Origin: a bacterium
GTDB taxonomy: Bacteria > Elusimicrobiota > Elusimicrobia > Elusimicrobiales > UBA9959
Assembly (NCBI GenBank): GCA_021811405.1
Contig: JAJZOZ010000003.1
Span: 1 to 59,319, forward strand
Direction: 5' to 3'
Length of the DNA: 59,319 nucleotides
In this document: positions 20,466-32,185 of the stretch, in pieces
Layout: every line of letters starts with the position of its first letter
Position numbering within the stretch: the first letter of the stretch is position 1
Program-made: the position numbers and the translations under genes
The notes under the pieces: generated by a model
What the model was told of the DNA's origin: nothing
The model's database searches: none
Seen by the model: only the letters and a program-made list of their open reading frames with translations

Positions 20466-21431
20466 ATGTCAACTTTCTCTAAACAGCTCGTTATCCCCGA
20501 AGGCCTCAACGTCGAGGATAAGACCAGGACCGAAAACTACTCCAAGTTCACCGCCGAGCCCTACGAGAAGGGTTACGGCCACACGATAGGCAACTCGCTG
20601 CGCCGCATCCTGCTGTCGTCCCTCGAGGGCGCCGCGGTGGTCGCCGTGCGCATCAAGGGAGCCCGCCATGAGTACTCCGCCGTCAACGGCGTGCAGGAGG
20701 ACGTGGTCAACATCATCCTGAACCTGAAGCGCCTGCGCGTGCGCCTGAAGGGCGAGGGCCCCGAGACGCTGCTGATCAGCGTTAAGGGCAAGAAGGAAGT
20801 GAAGGCCTCCGACATCAAGGAGAACGCCAACGTCGAGGTCATCAACAAGGACCTCGTGATCGCGCACGTCGAGTCCGGCGCCGAGTTCGAGGCCGAGCTC
20901 GAGATAGCCAAGGGCGCCGGCTACCTGACCTCCGACGAGATCCGCTCCCGGATGAACCTCCCGATGGAGTTCATCCCGATGGACGCGATCTTCTCCCCTA
21001 TCCAGAAGGTCCATTACACCGTCGAGAACGCCCGCGTGGGCCAGCGCACCGACTACGACAAGCTCGTGCTCGAGGTCTGGACCGACGGGACGATGACGCC
21101 GGCCGACGCCGTCTCCAACACCGCGGCGCTGCTGCGCCGCTCGATCATGCCGTTCCTGCCGGCCGAGGAGGCCGCCAAGGAGCCGGTGAAGGCCGAGGAC
21201 AAGGCCGAGACCGCCGGAGAGTCCTCCTCCAAGCTCGACCAGGGCGTGGAGATGATAGAGCTCTCCTCCCGCGCCTCCAACTGCCTGAAGGTGGCCGGCA
21301 TCCAGACGATAGGCGAACTGGTCAGCAAGACCGAGGGCGACCTGCTGTCCGTGAAGAACTTCGGCCAGAAGTCGCTGGACGAGATAAAGGAAAAGCTCAA
21401 GGAAATGGGCCTTTCCCTCGGGATGAAGTAA
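20466..21431 (+). CDS. rpoA: RNA polymerase alpha subunit
   Basis: GYGHTIGNSLRRILLSS, DAIFSPI, RVGQRTDYDKL, alpha-CTD NFGQKSLDEI. Confidence 0.98.
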   Translation: MSTFSKQLVIPEGLNVEDKTRTENYSKFTAEPYEKGYGHTIGNSLRRILLSSLEGAAVVAVRIKGARHEYSAVNGVQEDVVNIILNLKRLRVRLKGEGPETLLISVKGKKEVKASDIKENANVEVINKDLVIAHVESGAEFEAELEIAKGAGYLTSDEIRSRMNLPMEFIPMDAIFSPIQKVHYTVENARVGQRTDYDKLVLEVWTDGTMTPADAVSNTAALLRRSIMPFLPAEEAAKEPVKAEDKAETAGESSSKLDQGVEMIELSSRASNCLKVAGIQTIGELVSKTEGDLLSVKNFGQKSLDEIKEKLKEMGLSLGMK

Positions 21432-21456
21432 CTCAACTTACGTCAAGGAACGCATT

Positions 21457-21798
21457 ATGATAAAGAATCTGGGCGCGAGAAAACTTTCCAGGACCGGTTC
21501 GCACCGCCGCGCGATGTTCTCCAACATGGCCTCCAGCCTGCTGCTGCACGAGAAGGTGCAGACCACGCTGCCCAAGGCCAAGGAACTGCGCAAGGTGGCC
21601 GAGCGCGTGATAGCCGACGCGAAGAACAACCGCCGCGTCGAGGTGCGCCGCGTGATCAAGGACAAGGCCGTCTACCAGAAGGTGTTCGAGGTGATAGCGC
21701 CGCGCTACAAGGAACGCGCGGGCGGCTTCACCCGCATCCTGAAACTCGGCCCCCGGAAGGGGGACGCGACGGAAGTCGCGCTGGTGAAGCTGGTCTAA
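21457..21798 (+). CDS. rplQ: 50S ribosomal protein L17
   Basis: [31 protein letters not shown]. Confidence 0.97.
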   Translation: MIKNLGARKLSRTGSHRRAMFSNMASSLLLHEKVQTTLPKAKELRKVAERVIADAKNNRRVEVRRVIKDKAVYQKVFEVIAPRYKERAGGFTRILKLGPRKGDATEVALVKLV

Positions 21799-21805
21799 GA
21801 CAAAA

Positions 21806-22840
<1,035 letters not shown>

Positions 22841-22895
22841 CGGCCGGCGTCCCGCCCGGCCGCGGTTCCAGGAGGGTCCCCCCGGGGGACTGGCG

Positions 22896-23753
22896 ATGAG
22901 CAGAGAGAAAGACGCCGCCAATTACGCTTTAGTTTCCTTCGCCGTTCTGTCGGTCCTCCTCCTTCTTTTCCCCGCTTCCCGCCTGGCCCACACGGCCCGC
23001 GTCATAGCCAGCTACAGCCTTTACCCGTCGCTGCATTACGGCGCCAAGTACGCCCATTTCGTCCGCAACGTGCCGTCCAACGTGGTGGCCCTGCTCGAGA
23101 CCGACCAGGAGAACAGGACCCTGCGCGCCAGGAACAAGGAGCTGGAGCTGCAGCTGCAGCGGGCGGCCGTGATCGAGGCCGACAACGAGCGCCTGGCCGC
23201 GGCTATGCGCCTGTCGCGCTACCTCCCGTGGGCCGGGGCGTGGGCCCGCGTGATCAACAAGGACCCCTCCGACTGGTACGGCTCCTTCTTCATAGACAAG
23301 GGCTCCGACGACGGCATTGCGGTAAACGACACCGTGCTCGGCCTGCAGGGCGAGAAGGCCGGCCTGGCCGGCCGCGTCTTCGAGGTCTATCCCAAGTTCT
23401 CCAAGGTGCTGCTGCTGACCAACCCGTCGGCCTCGGCGGTCTGCTCGATAGCGCCGGCCGGCATGGAGGCGCTCGTGGAGGGCCGCGGCACCTGGCGGCT
23501 CAAGATGAACTACGTGCCCGAGGACTCCGGGGTCGCCGAGGGCGCGGAACTGGTGACGGCCAAGGGCGGACTGCTGTTCCCGGCCGGCGTGCCGGTGGGC
23601 ACGGTGACCAAGGTCTATCCCCGCGAATCCTCGATGAACTTCATCACGGCCGAGGTGCAGCCGCTGGTGAACGTCAACATCCTCAAGGAAGTCTACGTCG
23701 TGCGCAGGAAGCTGCCGCTCGAGTTCCCTGAGCGGGCGGGGGACGCCCGATGA
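22896..23753 (+). CDS. mreC: Rod shape-determining protein MreC
   Basis: N-terminal TM, coiled coil, IDKGSDDGI, FPAGVPVG; operon position. Confidence 0.92.
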   Translation: MSREKDAANYALVSFAVLSVLLLLFPASRLAHTARVIASYSLYPSLHYGAKYAHFVRNVPSNVVALLETDQENRTLRARNKELELQLQRAAVIEADNERLAAAMRLSRYLPWAGAWARVINKDPSDWYGSFFIDKGSDDGIAVNDTVLGLQGEKAGLAGRVFEVYPKFSKVLLLTNPSASAVCSIAPAGMEALVEGRGTWRLKMNYVPEDSGVAEGAELVTAKGGLLFPAGVPVGTVTKVYPRESSMNFITAEVQPLVNVNILKEVYVVRRKLPLEFPERAGDAR

Positions 23754-24229
23754 CCCTGCTGCTGGAAATACTGGTCTACCTCTTCACCGGCGTCTTCTAC
23801 TGGTGGTGGACGCAGAACCTGACCTTCTTCGGGCTGGCCCCCAACTTCATCTTCGCCGGGGCGCTCTGCGCGGCGATACTCGCGGGCCCGGTCAAGGGCA
23901 TAGCCTGGGGCTTCTTCCTCGGGCTGTACGCGGACATGCTGGGCTCCGGCCCGCTGGGCGGCTACGCCCTGACCTACACGCTGATGGCCTATATAGTCCA
24001 CCTGGTCAAGCGCCAGTTCGACATGGACAGCTTCTTTTCCCAGCTGGTGGCCGCGGTCTCGCTTTCCTGGATCAGCATGCTTTTCTACATGGGGCTGAGC
24101 CTCGCTTTCGCGAGGATCAACCCGACGGGACTTAAAATTTTCCTGGCGGAACCTTTCCTGAACGCGCTGGCGGTGCCGGCCGTGTTCCAGCTGTTCTACC
24201 GGGCCCAGCGGCGGCTGCACGTGCTATGA
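23750..24229 (+). CDS. mreD: Rod shape-determining protein MreD
   Basis: Hydrophobic 159 aa, PNF, GFFLGL..D; position between mreC and mrdA. Confidence 0.88.
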   Translation: MTLLLEILVYLFTGVFYWWWTQNLTFFGLAPNFIFAGALCAAILAGPVKGIAWGFFLGLYADMLGSGPLGGYALTYTLMAYIVHLVKRQFDMDSFFSQLVAAVSLSWISMLFYMGLSLAFARINPTGLKIFLAEPFLNALAVPAVFQLFYRAQRRLHVL

Positions 24230-26079
24230 TCGACCGCCAGACCTCGCAGGAAAGGCTCGATCTCCTCTGGGTGCTGGCCTCCTCCGCCGCTCTTATCTTC
24301 CTCGTCCGCCTCGTCAGCCTGCAGGTCATCGGCGGCTCCTATTACAGGGAGCTGGCCGAGAAGAACCGTACCCAGGTCATCAGCCAGACGGCCCCGCGCG
24401 GGCGCATCTATTCGGCGGACGGCGAGGCCATAGCCACCAGCCGGCCTTCCTTCAGCCTCATCTATTTCCCGGGCCAGACCAAGCCCGGCCCCGAGCTGGA
24501 CCGCATGGCGCGCTCGCTGGCCGGCCCGCTGCGCGCCGACACGGAGGACCTGCGCAGGACGATAAGCAGGGCCGCCACCAGGGAGACGCCGGTGCGCCTG
24601 GCCGAGAACCTGCCGGCCAAGGTGATGCTGGCGCTCTCCGAGCTGAAGGCCGTCTACCCCGGCATAGACATTATCGTCGAAGCGAGGCGCTATTACCCTT
24701 TCGGGGCGTACCTCAGTCACCTGGTCGGCTACATAGGCAAGATGGATTCCAGGGACTGGTCCCGCCTCTCCGGGGAGAAGACCTACTCGATGGACTCCCG
24801 CCTCGGCAAGGCCGGGCTCGAGAAGACGTACGAGAAGGAACTGAAGGGCAAGGACGGCGGCATCTACCTGGAGGTGGATTCCCGCGGCAAGCTGAACCGC
24901 GTGCTCGAGAGCCGCAAGTGGTCGCCGGGGGCCGATATCTACCTGACGATAGATTCCAAGGCCCAGGCGGCCGCCGAGGAAGGCCTGAAGAAGTCCGTCA
25001 GCGGCAAGGGCGCCGTGGTGGCCCTGGACCCGCGCACCGGCGCCGTGCTCGCCTTCGCGTCTATGCCGGACTACGACCCCAATATGTTCGTGCTGTCCGG
25101 TTCCGAAAAGGAAGGGCTGGCCGCCGGCGAGGTGCTGCCGGAGTTCAACGTGGCCCTGCAGGGCACCTACCCGCCCGGCTCCATCTTCAAGATCGTCACC
25201 TCCGCCGCCATACTGGAGAGCGGCCGCGTCTCGCCCGAAGAGCGGGTCTTCTGCCCCGGCTGGTACGACGCCGGCAGCAGGATCTTCAAGTGCTGGGACA
25301 AGAAGGGGCACGGCAGGGTGGATTTCATAGAAGGACTGGCCAAGTCCTGCGACGTCTATTATTACACGATGGGGCAGCGGGCCGGCGCGCTGGCCATAGA
25401 GAAGTACGCGCGCGCCTTCGGCCTGGGGCGGCCTTCCGGCATCGCGCTGCCCGACGAGAAGTCCGGCAACGTTTTCGGTCCCAGCAAGCGGGCCGACAAG
25501 AAGAGCTACTGGTTCATAGGCGATACGCTGAACCTGGCCATCGGGCAGGGCGAGACGCTGGTCACGCCGATGCAGGCCGCCGACATGATAGCCGCGGTGG
25601 CCAACGGCGGCGTCTTCCACAGGCCGTATTACGTCGACCGCATAGTCCGCGGCGACGGCCAGGTGCTCAAGCGCTCCAAACCGGAGACCACGGGCGAAGT
25701 GGAGCTCAAGGACAGCACCTGGGCGCTTATCCGGGAGGGCCTGCACAGCGTGGTCGACGAAGGCACCGGGCGGGCGGCGCAGATAAAGGGCGCCGAGGTC
25801 TACGGCAAGACCGGCACGGCGCAGAACCCGCACGGCAAGGACCACGCCTGGTTCGTCTCCTACGCCACCGTAAACGGCCAGCCGTCCAAGGTGGCCGTGG
25901 CCGTGCTGGTGGAACACGGGGAACACGGCGCCTCGGCTGCCGCGCCGATAGCCAAGGCCGTCATAGAGGCAGTCCTCAGGAACGACCTCGCCGTCAAGCA
26001 GGCCGGGCCGGCCCCGGCGGGCGCGCCGGCCCCGTCCACGTCGGCCCCGGCGGGCGCGCCGGCGCGGGAGGCCACATGA
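24226..26079 (+). CDS. mrdA: Penicillin-binding protein 2
   Basis: APRGRIY, GSIFK (SxxK), SCD, KTGTAQ. Confidence 0.95.
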   Translation: MIDRQTSQERLDLLWVLASSAALIFLVRLVSLQVIGGSYYRELAEKNRTQVISQTAPRGRIYSADGEAIATSRPSFSLIYFPGQTKPGPELDRMARSLAGPLRADTEDLRRTISRAATRETPVRLAENLPAKVMLALSELKAVYPGIDIIVEARRYYPFGAYLSHLVGYIGKMDSRDWSRLSGEKTYSMDSRLGKAGLEKTYEKELKGKDGGIYLEVDSRGKLNRVLESRKWSPGADIYLTIDSKAQAAAEEGLKKSVSGKGAVVALDPRTGAVLAFASMPDYDPNMFVLSGSEKEGLAAGEVLPEFNVALQGTYPPGSIFKIVTSAAILESGRVSPEERVFCPGWYDAGSRIFKCWDKKGHGRVDFIEGLAKSCDVYYYTMGQRAGALAIEKYARAFGLGRPSGIALPDEKSGNVFGPSKRADKKSYWFIGDTLNLAIGQGETLVTPMQAADMIAAVANGGVFHRPYYVDRIVRGDGQVLKRSKPETTGEVELKDSTWALIREGLHSVVDEGTGRAAQIKGAEVYGKTGTAQNPHGKDHAWFVSYATVNGQPSKVAVAVLVEHGEHGASAAAPIAKAVIEAVLRNDLAVKQAGPAPAGAPAPSTSAPAGAPAREAT

Positions 26080-27416
26080 TAGACACGCCCGGAGCTTCGC
26101 TGAGGAAGAACAGGATGGACTGGGTCCTGTTCATCGCGGCCATGGCCCTGCTGGCCGTCGGCACCATAGCCATACTTTCCTCGGTCGCCGCCCTGCCGGG
26201 CCAGGCGCGCATAGTCCGCGTGCAGTTCACCGCCATCCCGCTGGCGCTGATAACGCTGGCGGCGGTCTGGAGCGTGAATTACCAGGTCTACCAGGACCAG
26301 TGGAAATTCGTCTACGGGGCGCTGCTGGTCTTCCTGGCCGGCGTGCTCTTCATCGGCGTAGTGGACAAGGGCGCCCGCTCGTGGTACCGCCTCCCTTTCT
26401 TCTCCATACAGCCTTCGGAGTTCTCCCGCGTCGGGCTGATACTGGTGCTGGCGAACTTCCTGGACAAGCGCATGGGCAAGATAAAGGAGCTGAGGACGGT
26501 GCTCGGGGCGTTCGCGCTCTGCGTGCCGGTGTTCCTGCTGCTGATAAAGCAGCCGGATTTCTCGGCGATACTGATAACCTTCCCGGTGGCGCTCATCATG
26601 CTGTTCGCGGCCGGCGCCAGCGTCTTCCACCTCTCCATCATAGTCGGCTACGCGGTCATCTCCGCCCTCTTCCCGGTGCTGTGGACGATCATAAACCTGA
26701 ACCCGGAACTGCTGGACAACTCGCTGGTCTCCTATTTCTTCCACCTCTCCGACTCCTGGGCCGGGGCGGCCGCGTTCGTGGCGGCCGCGGCGTTCGGCTT
26801 CTGGCTGCTGTGGCGCCTTTCGGTGCAGCTGTACGCGAACCTGTCCGGGGTCTATTTCGCCGGGGCGGCGCTGGTGCTGATACTCGGCTTTTTCTCCGGC
26901 GTGATGGTGAAGAACCAGATGAAGGATTACCAGCAGAAGCGCCTGGAGGTCTTCCTGTCCCCGGAATCTGACCCGCGCGGCGCCGGCTACAACCTGCTGC
27001 AGGCGCGCATAGCCATAGGCTCCGGGGGCATACTGGGCCGGGGCATCTTCTCCGGCACGCAGTCGCGCCTGGGTTTCGTGCCCGAGAGGCACACCGACTT
27101 CATCCTCGCCGTGGTGGGCGAGGAGATGGGCTTCTGGGGCATGCTGCTCGTCACGGGACTGTACGCGCTGCTGATGCGGCGCGTCATGCTGGGCGCGCGG
27201 CTGGCGAGGGACCGCTTCGGTTACCTGGTCAACTGCGGGATCTTCGGCATGTTCCTCGTCTATTTCTGCATAAATTTCGGCATGCTGCTGGGGCTGGCCC
27301 CGGTGGCGGGCGTGCCGCTGCCGCTGGTCTCGTACGGCGGCTCCAACCTGGTCGCCACGATGATGGCCCTCGGCATAGCCGAATCGGTCTACGCCAGGAG
27401 GTACGCGCTGGTCTGA
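26076..27416 (+). CDS. rodA: Rod shape-determining protein RodA (SEDS)
   Basis: IQPSEF, QPDF, IAIGSGG, PERHTDFI, PLVSYGGS; ATG 26076. Confidence 0.95.
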   Translation: MIDTPGASLRKNRMDWVLFIAAMALLAVGTIAILSSVAALPGQARIVRVQFTAIPLALITLAAVWSVNYQVYQDQWKFVYGALLVFLAGVLFIGVVDKGARSWYRLPFFSIQPSEFSRVGLILVLANFLDKRMGKIKELRTVLGAFALCVPVFLLLIKQPDFSAILITFPVALIMLFAAGASVFHLSIIVGYAVISALFPVLWTIINLNPELLDNSLVSYFFHLSDSWAGAAAFVAAAAFGFWLLWRLSVQLYANLSGVYFAGAALVLILGFFSGVMVKNQMKDYQQKRLEVFLSPESDPRGAGYNLLQARIAIGSGGILGRGIFSGTQSRLGFVPERHTDFILAVVGEEMGFWGMLLVTGLYALLMRRVMLGARLARDRFGYLVNCGIFGMFLVYFCINFGMLLGLAPVAGVPLPLVSYGGSNLVATMMALGIAESVYARRYALV

Positions 27417-27444
27417 CCGGGGGGCCTGTCATTAAGACAACATT

Positions 27445-28122
27445 ATGAACGAAGGACCAAGGTCACGCATAAGGCTCAAGTTCGCGCGCCTAGCCGCGGC
27501 GAAGGACACGACGCACCTGGAACAGATAAAGGAACTGCGCTCGCGCGCCGCGCGCTCGGGGCTGAAGTTCTGGCCCGCCAGGATAGGCGGACAGGCGGCG
27601 CCGAAGATGGCCTTCGGCCCGGCCGCGTCGGTGGGCCACGAGAGCCTCTGCGAGTACGCCGACCTCTACCTGGAGGAGTTCGCCAGGGAGGACGCGGCCG
27701 CCGAGAAGCTCCGCCCGTTCGACGACGAGAATTTCAGGCTGATCTCCGCCAGGCGGGTGCCGGTCTTTTTCCCGGCGATAGAGGCGGCGGTCAACGCGGC
27801 GGAGTACTTCATGGAGGCGGATTTCCCGGCCGGTTTCTCGGACGCCGCGGTGGACGCCTTCATGGCCCGCAAGAGCGTGGAGTGGGAGAAGGTGAAGTCC
27901 ACCGGCGAGCGCAAGACGCTCGACGCCAGGGCCCCGGTACTCTCGGCCTCGTTCGACCGGGAGGCCTCGCTGCTGAAGGTCACGCTGAAGCTGGAGCCCG
28001 GCAAGAACATCAAGCCGGAGGTGGCCGCCGAACTGATGGCCGGCGCCCGTCCCGTTTTCAGGCGCATAGTGCGCAGGGAGCTGTACTGGTTCGGCTCGGG
28101 AGGCCGGCTGGAAGTTTTTTAG
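27445..28122 (+). CDS. DUF2344 / TIGR03936-type radical-SAM-associated protein
   Basis: RIRLKFAR..HLE, PKMAFGPAASVGHESLCEYAD pattern; typical position between rodA and rng. Confidence 0.75.
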   Translation: MNEGPRSRIRLKFARLAAAKDTTHLEQIKELRSRAARSGLKFWPARIGGQAAPKMAFGPAASVGHESLCEYADLYLEEFAREDAAAEKLRPFDDENFRLISARRVPVFFPAIEAAVNAAEYFMEADFPAGFSDAAVDAFMARKSVEWEKVKSTGERKTLDARAPVLSASFDREASLLKVTLKLEPGKNIKPEVAAELMAGARPVFRRIVRRELYWFGSGGRLEVF

Positions 28123-28143
28123 CGATCCCCAAGGAGAGACAAT

Positions 28144-29592
28144 ATGACGAACAAGAAAGTAAAAAGAGAGATTTTCGCGAACACCTCGTTCGAGGAGACC
28201 CGCATAGCTATACTGGAGGACGGCAAGCTCAGCGAGCTGTTCTGGGAGCGCAGGAGCTCGGGCAACATCGTGGGCAACATCTACAAGGCCCGCGTCGAGA
28301 ACGTGCTGCCCGGCATCTCGAGCGCGTTCATGGATATAGGCCTCGACAAGAACGCCTATATCTACATTTCCGACGTGCTCGGCAACCAGAAGGACGCGAT
28401 AGACAAGCTGCTGAAGAAGGACCAGGAGGTCATGGTGCAGGTGACCAAGGACGCCATCGGCACCAAGGGCATGAAGGTCACGATGGACGTCTCGCTGCCC
28501 GGCCGCTACCTGGTGCTGACCCCGTTCCAGGACTTCGTCGGCGTGTCCAAGAGCATCGAGGACGACGGGGAGCGCAAGCGCCTGTCCGCGATCATGCGCA
28601 AGATAGCCGACTCCAAGATGCTGGGGACCAAGGGCTGCATCGTGCGCACCGAGGCCGAAGGCGCCACCGAGGAGGAGCTGGAGCGCGAGATAAAGTACCT
28701 GCTGCGGATGTGGGACACCGTACAGGGCCGCTACGACAGCTCCAGGCCGCCCGCGCTGCTGCACAAGGACCTGGATATGACGATGCAGGTCGCCCGCGAC
28801 ATCCTTTCCGACGAGACCGCGATCTACATGCTCGACAACAGGGACGATTACAACAACGTGGCGGAGCTGGCCGCCAAGATCTCTCCCGACCTGAAGGACC
28901 GCGTTAAGTACTACGACAGCAAGACGCCGATCTTCAAGGCCTTCGGCATAGAGAAGGGCATAGAGGAACTGCGCAAGATAAAGGTGCCGCTGCCGAACGG
29001 CGGTTCCATCATCATCCAGGAGGCCGAGTCCCTCTGCGCGATAGACGTGAACACCGGCCGCTTCACCGGCAACAAGTCGCAGGAGGAGACCGTCACCGCG
29101 ACGAACATAGAGGCCGCCCAGGAGGTGGCCAGGCAGCTGCGGCTGCGCAACATCGGCGGCATCATCGTGATAGACTTCATAGACATGAAGAAGGCCTCCA
29201 ACCGCAGCAAGGTGGTCAGCTCGCTGGAGGCGGCCGTGGCCCGCGACCGGGCCAAGATCCGCATCCTGCCGATCACCAGGCTCGGCCTCGTGGAGATGAC
29301 CCGAGAGCGCAAGCGCGAGAGCACCAACAGCCTGCTGACCGAGGAGTGCCCCGAGTGCCACGGTTCCGGGCGCGTGCTCTCCAGCGAGAGCATACGCATT
29401 CAGATCCAGCGGGAGATACACAACATCACGATGGGCCGTCCCGGCGGCAGCCTCCGGGTGATCACGCACCCCATCCTGGCCGAGGTGCTGAAGAAGAAGC
29501 AGGCGATGATGGAGAAGAACGTCCACCGCAGCGTAAAGCTGGCCTCGGACCCGCAGCTCACCTGGGAGGACTACCGGATAATCCTCGAGTAG
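28144..29592 (+). CDS. rng: Ribonuclease G/E family
   Basis: GNIYK.RV.NVLPG, SLPGRYLV, IDVNTG, LRNIGGIIVIDFIDM, CPECHG. Confidence 0.95.
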   Translation: MTNKKVKREIFANTSFEETRIAILEDGKLSELFWERRSSGNIVGNIYKARVENVLPGISSAFMDIGLDKNAYIYISDVLGNQKDAIDKLLKKDQEVMVQVTKDAIGTKGMKVTMDVSLPGRYLVLTPFQDFVGVSKSIEDDGERKRLSAIMRKIADSKMLGTKGCIVRTEAEGATEEELEREIKYLLRMWDTVQGRYDSSRPPALLHKDLDMTMQVARDILSDETAIYMLDNRDDYNNVAELAAKISPDLKDRVKYYDSKTPIFKAFGIEKGIEELRKIKVPLPNGGSIIIQEAESLCAIDVNTGRFTGNKSQEETVTATNIEAAQEVARQLRLRNIGGIIVIDFIDMKKASNRSKVVSSLEAAVARDRAKIRILPITRLGLVEMTRERKRESTNSLLTEECPECHGSGRVLSSESIRIQIQREIHNITMGRPGGSLRVITHPILAEVLKKKQAMMEKNVHRSVKLASDPQLTWEDYRIILE

Positions 29593-29666
29593 CGTTGCGC
29601 GGGCGGTCCCGGTAATTGTTAAATAGTACGCGGTAAGGGGCGGCGCCCTTTCCCGACGACACGGAG

Positions 29667-31337
29667 ATGAGAGAAATGCTGAAACGCTTATCCATGCTAT
29701 TGCTTCTCGGGGCGCTCTGCGCGCCGGCCCAGGCCAGGGTGGACCAGATCTCGTACATGAAGAACGGCGTCTACTCCGGCAAGATCGGCACCTACACCCT
29801 GGGAGGGGCCAGCTACCTGGACGCCTCCGAGGCGGCGAAGCTGATCGGCGGCAAGATCTACTGGTACCCGGTCTCCGGCAAGCTGCTGCTGCAGATCAAG
29901 GGGAAGAGGGTGGTGTTCTTCCTGAAGTCGGACTCGATCACGATCAACGACGAAAAGGTGGAGTACCCGAACCCCATGATAGTCCGCGGCGGCAAGGCCT
30001 TCCTCGCGCTCAGCTTCTTCGTCTCCGGCCATTTCTCGGAGGCTTTCGGCTTCAGCCTCGAGTACAACAAGGACGCGGGGACGCTGTCGGCTCAGCGCGC
30101 CGTCAACATCACCTCCGTCAACTACTTCTCGCACTCGGACAAGACGCGCATAGTGGTCTACATGGAGGAGCCGCTGGAATGGCAGTCGTCGCAGAAGGAG
30201 AACAACCTCTTCAAGGTCAACATCTTCGGCGGCGTGATAGCCCGCGAGGAGAAGCTCTCCATCGGAGACGGCGTGCTGAAAAGCGCCGACCTGATGCAGG
30301 AGAACAAGACCGCCCGCCTGGTGCTGGACCCGGACGAGAATTTCGGAGAGGTCAAGGTGTTCAGCCTTTCCGACCCGGACCGCCTGGTGATAGACGTTTC
30401 AAAGAAGATCGCCCCCGTCCAGCAGAGCATTGGCGGCACGCCTTCCGCGGGGGCCTCGCCGTCCGCTGCCGTCTCCGGGGCAGCCGATACGGCCGCTGCT
30501 GCGGCCGCAGCTCCGGCGGCAGCGGCCGCCGTCGCCGCTTCTATCACCCCGGTGATCTCCCCTTCAGGAGCGGGCGAGGCCGCCCCCGCCCAGCCGTCCC
30601 AGCCGCTCCAGCCTTCCGTGCTGCCGGCCATACCGGATAAGATCGAGGTCGGGGCCGGGAAGAAGCGGGTGGTCATAGACGCCGGCCACGGCGGAAAGGA
30701 CCCCGGCGGCCGCAAACTGTTCGGGCTGAAGGAGAAGGACCTCAACCTCTACGTCGCGCAGGACCTCTACAAGCTGATGAAGGCGGACGACATGTACGAC
30801 GTGCTGATGACGCGCAACAGCGACGAGTTCATCCCGCTGGCGGACCGCTCGGTCATCGCGAACAATTTCAAGGCGGACATCTTCATCTCCATCCACGCCA
30901 ACGCCTCCAGCGACCGGCGCGAGAAGGGCTTCGAGATCTACTTCATGTCGGAGAAGGCCTCGGACCCCTGGGCGGCGCAGGTGGCCGACTACGAGAACTC
31001 CGTGGTCGGCATGGAGGACGGGGGAGGCCAGCAGGACCCGGCCGCTATGCTGCTGCACTCGATGGCGCGCAACGAGTACCTGAACGAGGGCAGCAAGCTG
31101 GCCGGCTTCGTCGGGGCGGAGATGGAGAACCGGACCCCTTTCAGGAACCGGGGCGTCAAGCAGGCGGCCTTCTACGTGCTGCGCGGCACCTACGCGCCGG
31201 GCATCCTGGTGGAGATGGGCTTCATGACCAATTCCAACGACCAGAAGAACATGAACAGCGGCAAGGTGCGGGAGAAGATAGCTTCCGCCATCTACCGCGG
31301 CGTGCAGGACTACGCCAAGAAAAAGGGATGGAAGTAG
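29667..31337 (+). CDS. N-acetylmuramoyl-L-alanine amidase (Amidase_3 with AMIN-like domain)
   Basis: Signal peptide, PDRLVID, Ala/Pro linker, IDAGHGGKDPG, EKDLNL, SIHAN, LVEMGF. Confidence 0.93.
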   Translation: MREMLKRLSMLLLLGALCAPAQARVDQISYMKNGVYSGKIGTYTLGGASYLDASEAAKLIGGKIYWYPVSGKLLLQIKGKRVVFFLKSDSITINDEKVEYPNPMIVRGGKAFLALSFFVSGHFSEAFGFSLEYNKDAGTLSAQRAVNITSVNYFSHSDKTRIVVYMEEPLEWQSSQKENNLFKVNIFGGVIAREEKLSIGDGVLKSADLMQENKTARLVLDPDENFGEVKVFSLSDPDRLVIDVSKKIAPVQQSIGGTPSAGASPSAAVSGAADTAAAAAAAPAAAAAVAASITPVISPSGAGEAAPAQPSQPLQPSVLPAIPDKIEVGAGKKRVVIDAGHGGKDPGGRKLFGLKEKDLNLYVAQDLYKLMKADDMYDVLMTRNSDEFIPLADRSVIANNFKADIFISIHANASSDRREKGFEIYFMSEKASDPWAAQVADYENSVVGMEDGGGQQDPAAMLLHSMARNEYLNEGSKLAGFVGAEMENRTPFRNRGVKQAAFYVLRGTYAPGILVEMGFMTNSNDQKNMNSGKVREKIASAIYRGVQDYAKKKGWK

Positions 31338-31359
31338 CCGGGAGGCCGGAGCTGGCGGC

Positions 31360-32154
31360 ATGAAGCACACTAGGCGGCCGATAGGCATATTCGATTCCGG
31401 ACTGGGCGGGCTCACCGTCTTCAAGGAACTCCGGGCCATGCTGCCCGGAGAGGACATAATCTATTTCGGGGACACGGCCCGGGTGCCCTACGGCACCAAG
31501 TCGCCGGAGGCGGTGAAGGCCTTCTCCCGGGAGATCGCCGCGTTCCTGCTGGGCAGGAAGATAAAGCTCCTGCTGGTGGCCTGCAACACGGCCTCCTCGC
31601 TGGCCCTGGAGGAGATCCGCTCGATGTCGCCGGTGCCGGTGCTGGGCGTGATAGCCCCGGGGGCGGGCGCCGCCCTCAGCGAGGCGCCGCACGGCGGCCG
31701 CGTGCTGGTCATCGGCACTTCGGCCACGGTGGCCAGCCGGGCCTATTCCCGCGCCCTTTCCGGAGGACGCGTGCGCGTTACGGAAAAGGCGTGCCCGCTG
31801 TTCGTGCCGCTGGTGGAGGAGGGCTGGTGCTCCAAGCCGGTGGCCGCCGAGGTGGCGAGGGAATACCTGGCGCCGTTCCGGGGAAAGGCCGACGTGCTGA
31901 TACTCGGCTGCACGCATTACCCGATGCTCAAGAATGTCATAGCCCGCGTGGTGGGTCCCGACGTGCGGATAATAGACTCCGCCCGGGCGGCGGCGCAGGC
32001 CGCCCTCGGCGAGCTGGAGAGGCGCGGCCTGCTGGCCGGCGGGAGCCGCGGCCGCTCCGAGTTCATAGTCAGCGACGCGCCGGAGCGGTTCTCGGCGCTG
32101 GCGCTGAAGCTGCTCGGGATAAGGACCGGCAAGGTGAAGGTCAAAAGATTCTGA
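31360..32154 (+). CDS. murI: Glutamate racemase
   Basis: FDSGLGGLTV, PYG, ACNTAS, LGCTHYP. Confidence 0.97.
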   Translation: MKHTRRPIGIFDSGLGGLTVFKELRAMLPGEDIIYFGDTARVPYGTKSPEAVKAFSREIAAFLLGRKIKLLLVACNTASSLALEEIRSMSPVPVLGVIAPGAGAALSEAPHGGRVLVIGTSATVASRAYSRALSGGRVRVTEKACPLFVPLVEEGWCSKPVAAEVAREYLAPFRGKADVLILGCTHYPMLKNVIARVVGPDVRIIDSARAAAQAALGELERRGLLAGGSRGRSEFIVSDAPERFSALALKLLGIRTGKVKVKRF

Positions 32155-32185
32155 AGTTCCTTTCGAGGCAGAACGGAGGCAGGAT

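Noticed and set aside
30430-30630. Ala/Pro low-complexity stretch in the amidase (and the mrdA C-terminal ccggcgggcgcgccggc duplication)
   Set aside because: Ordinary flexible linkers within proteins
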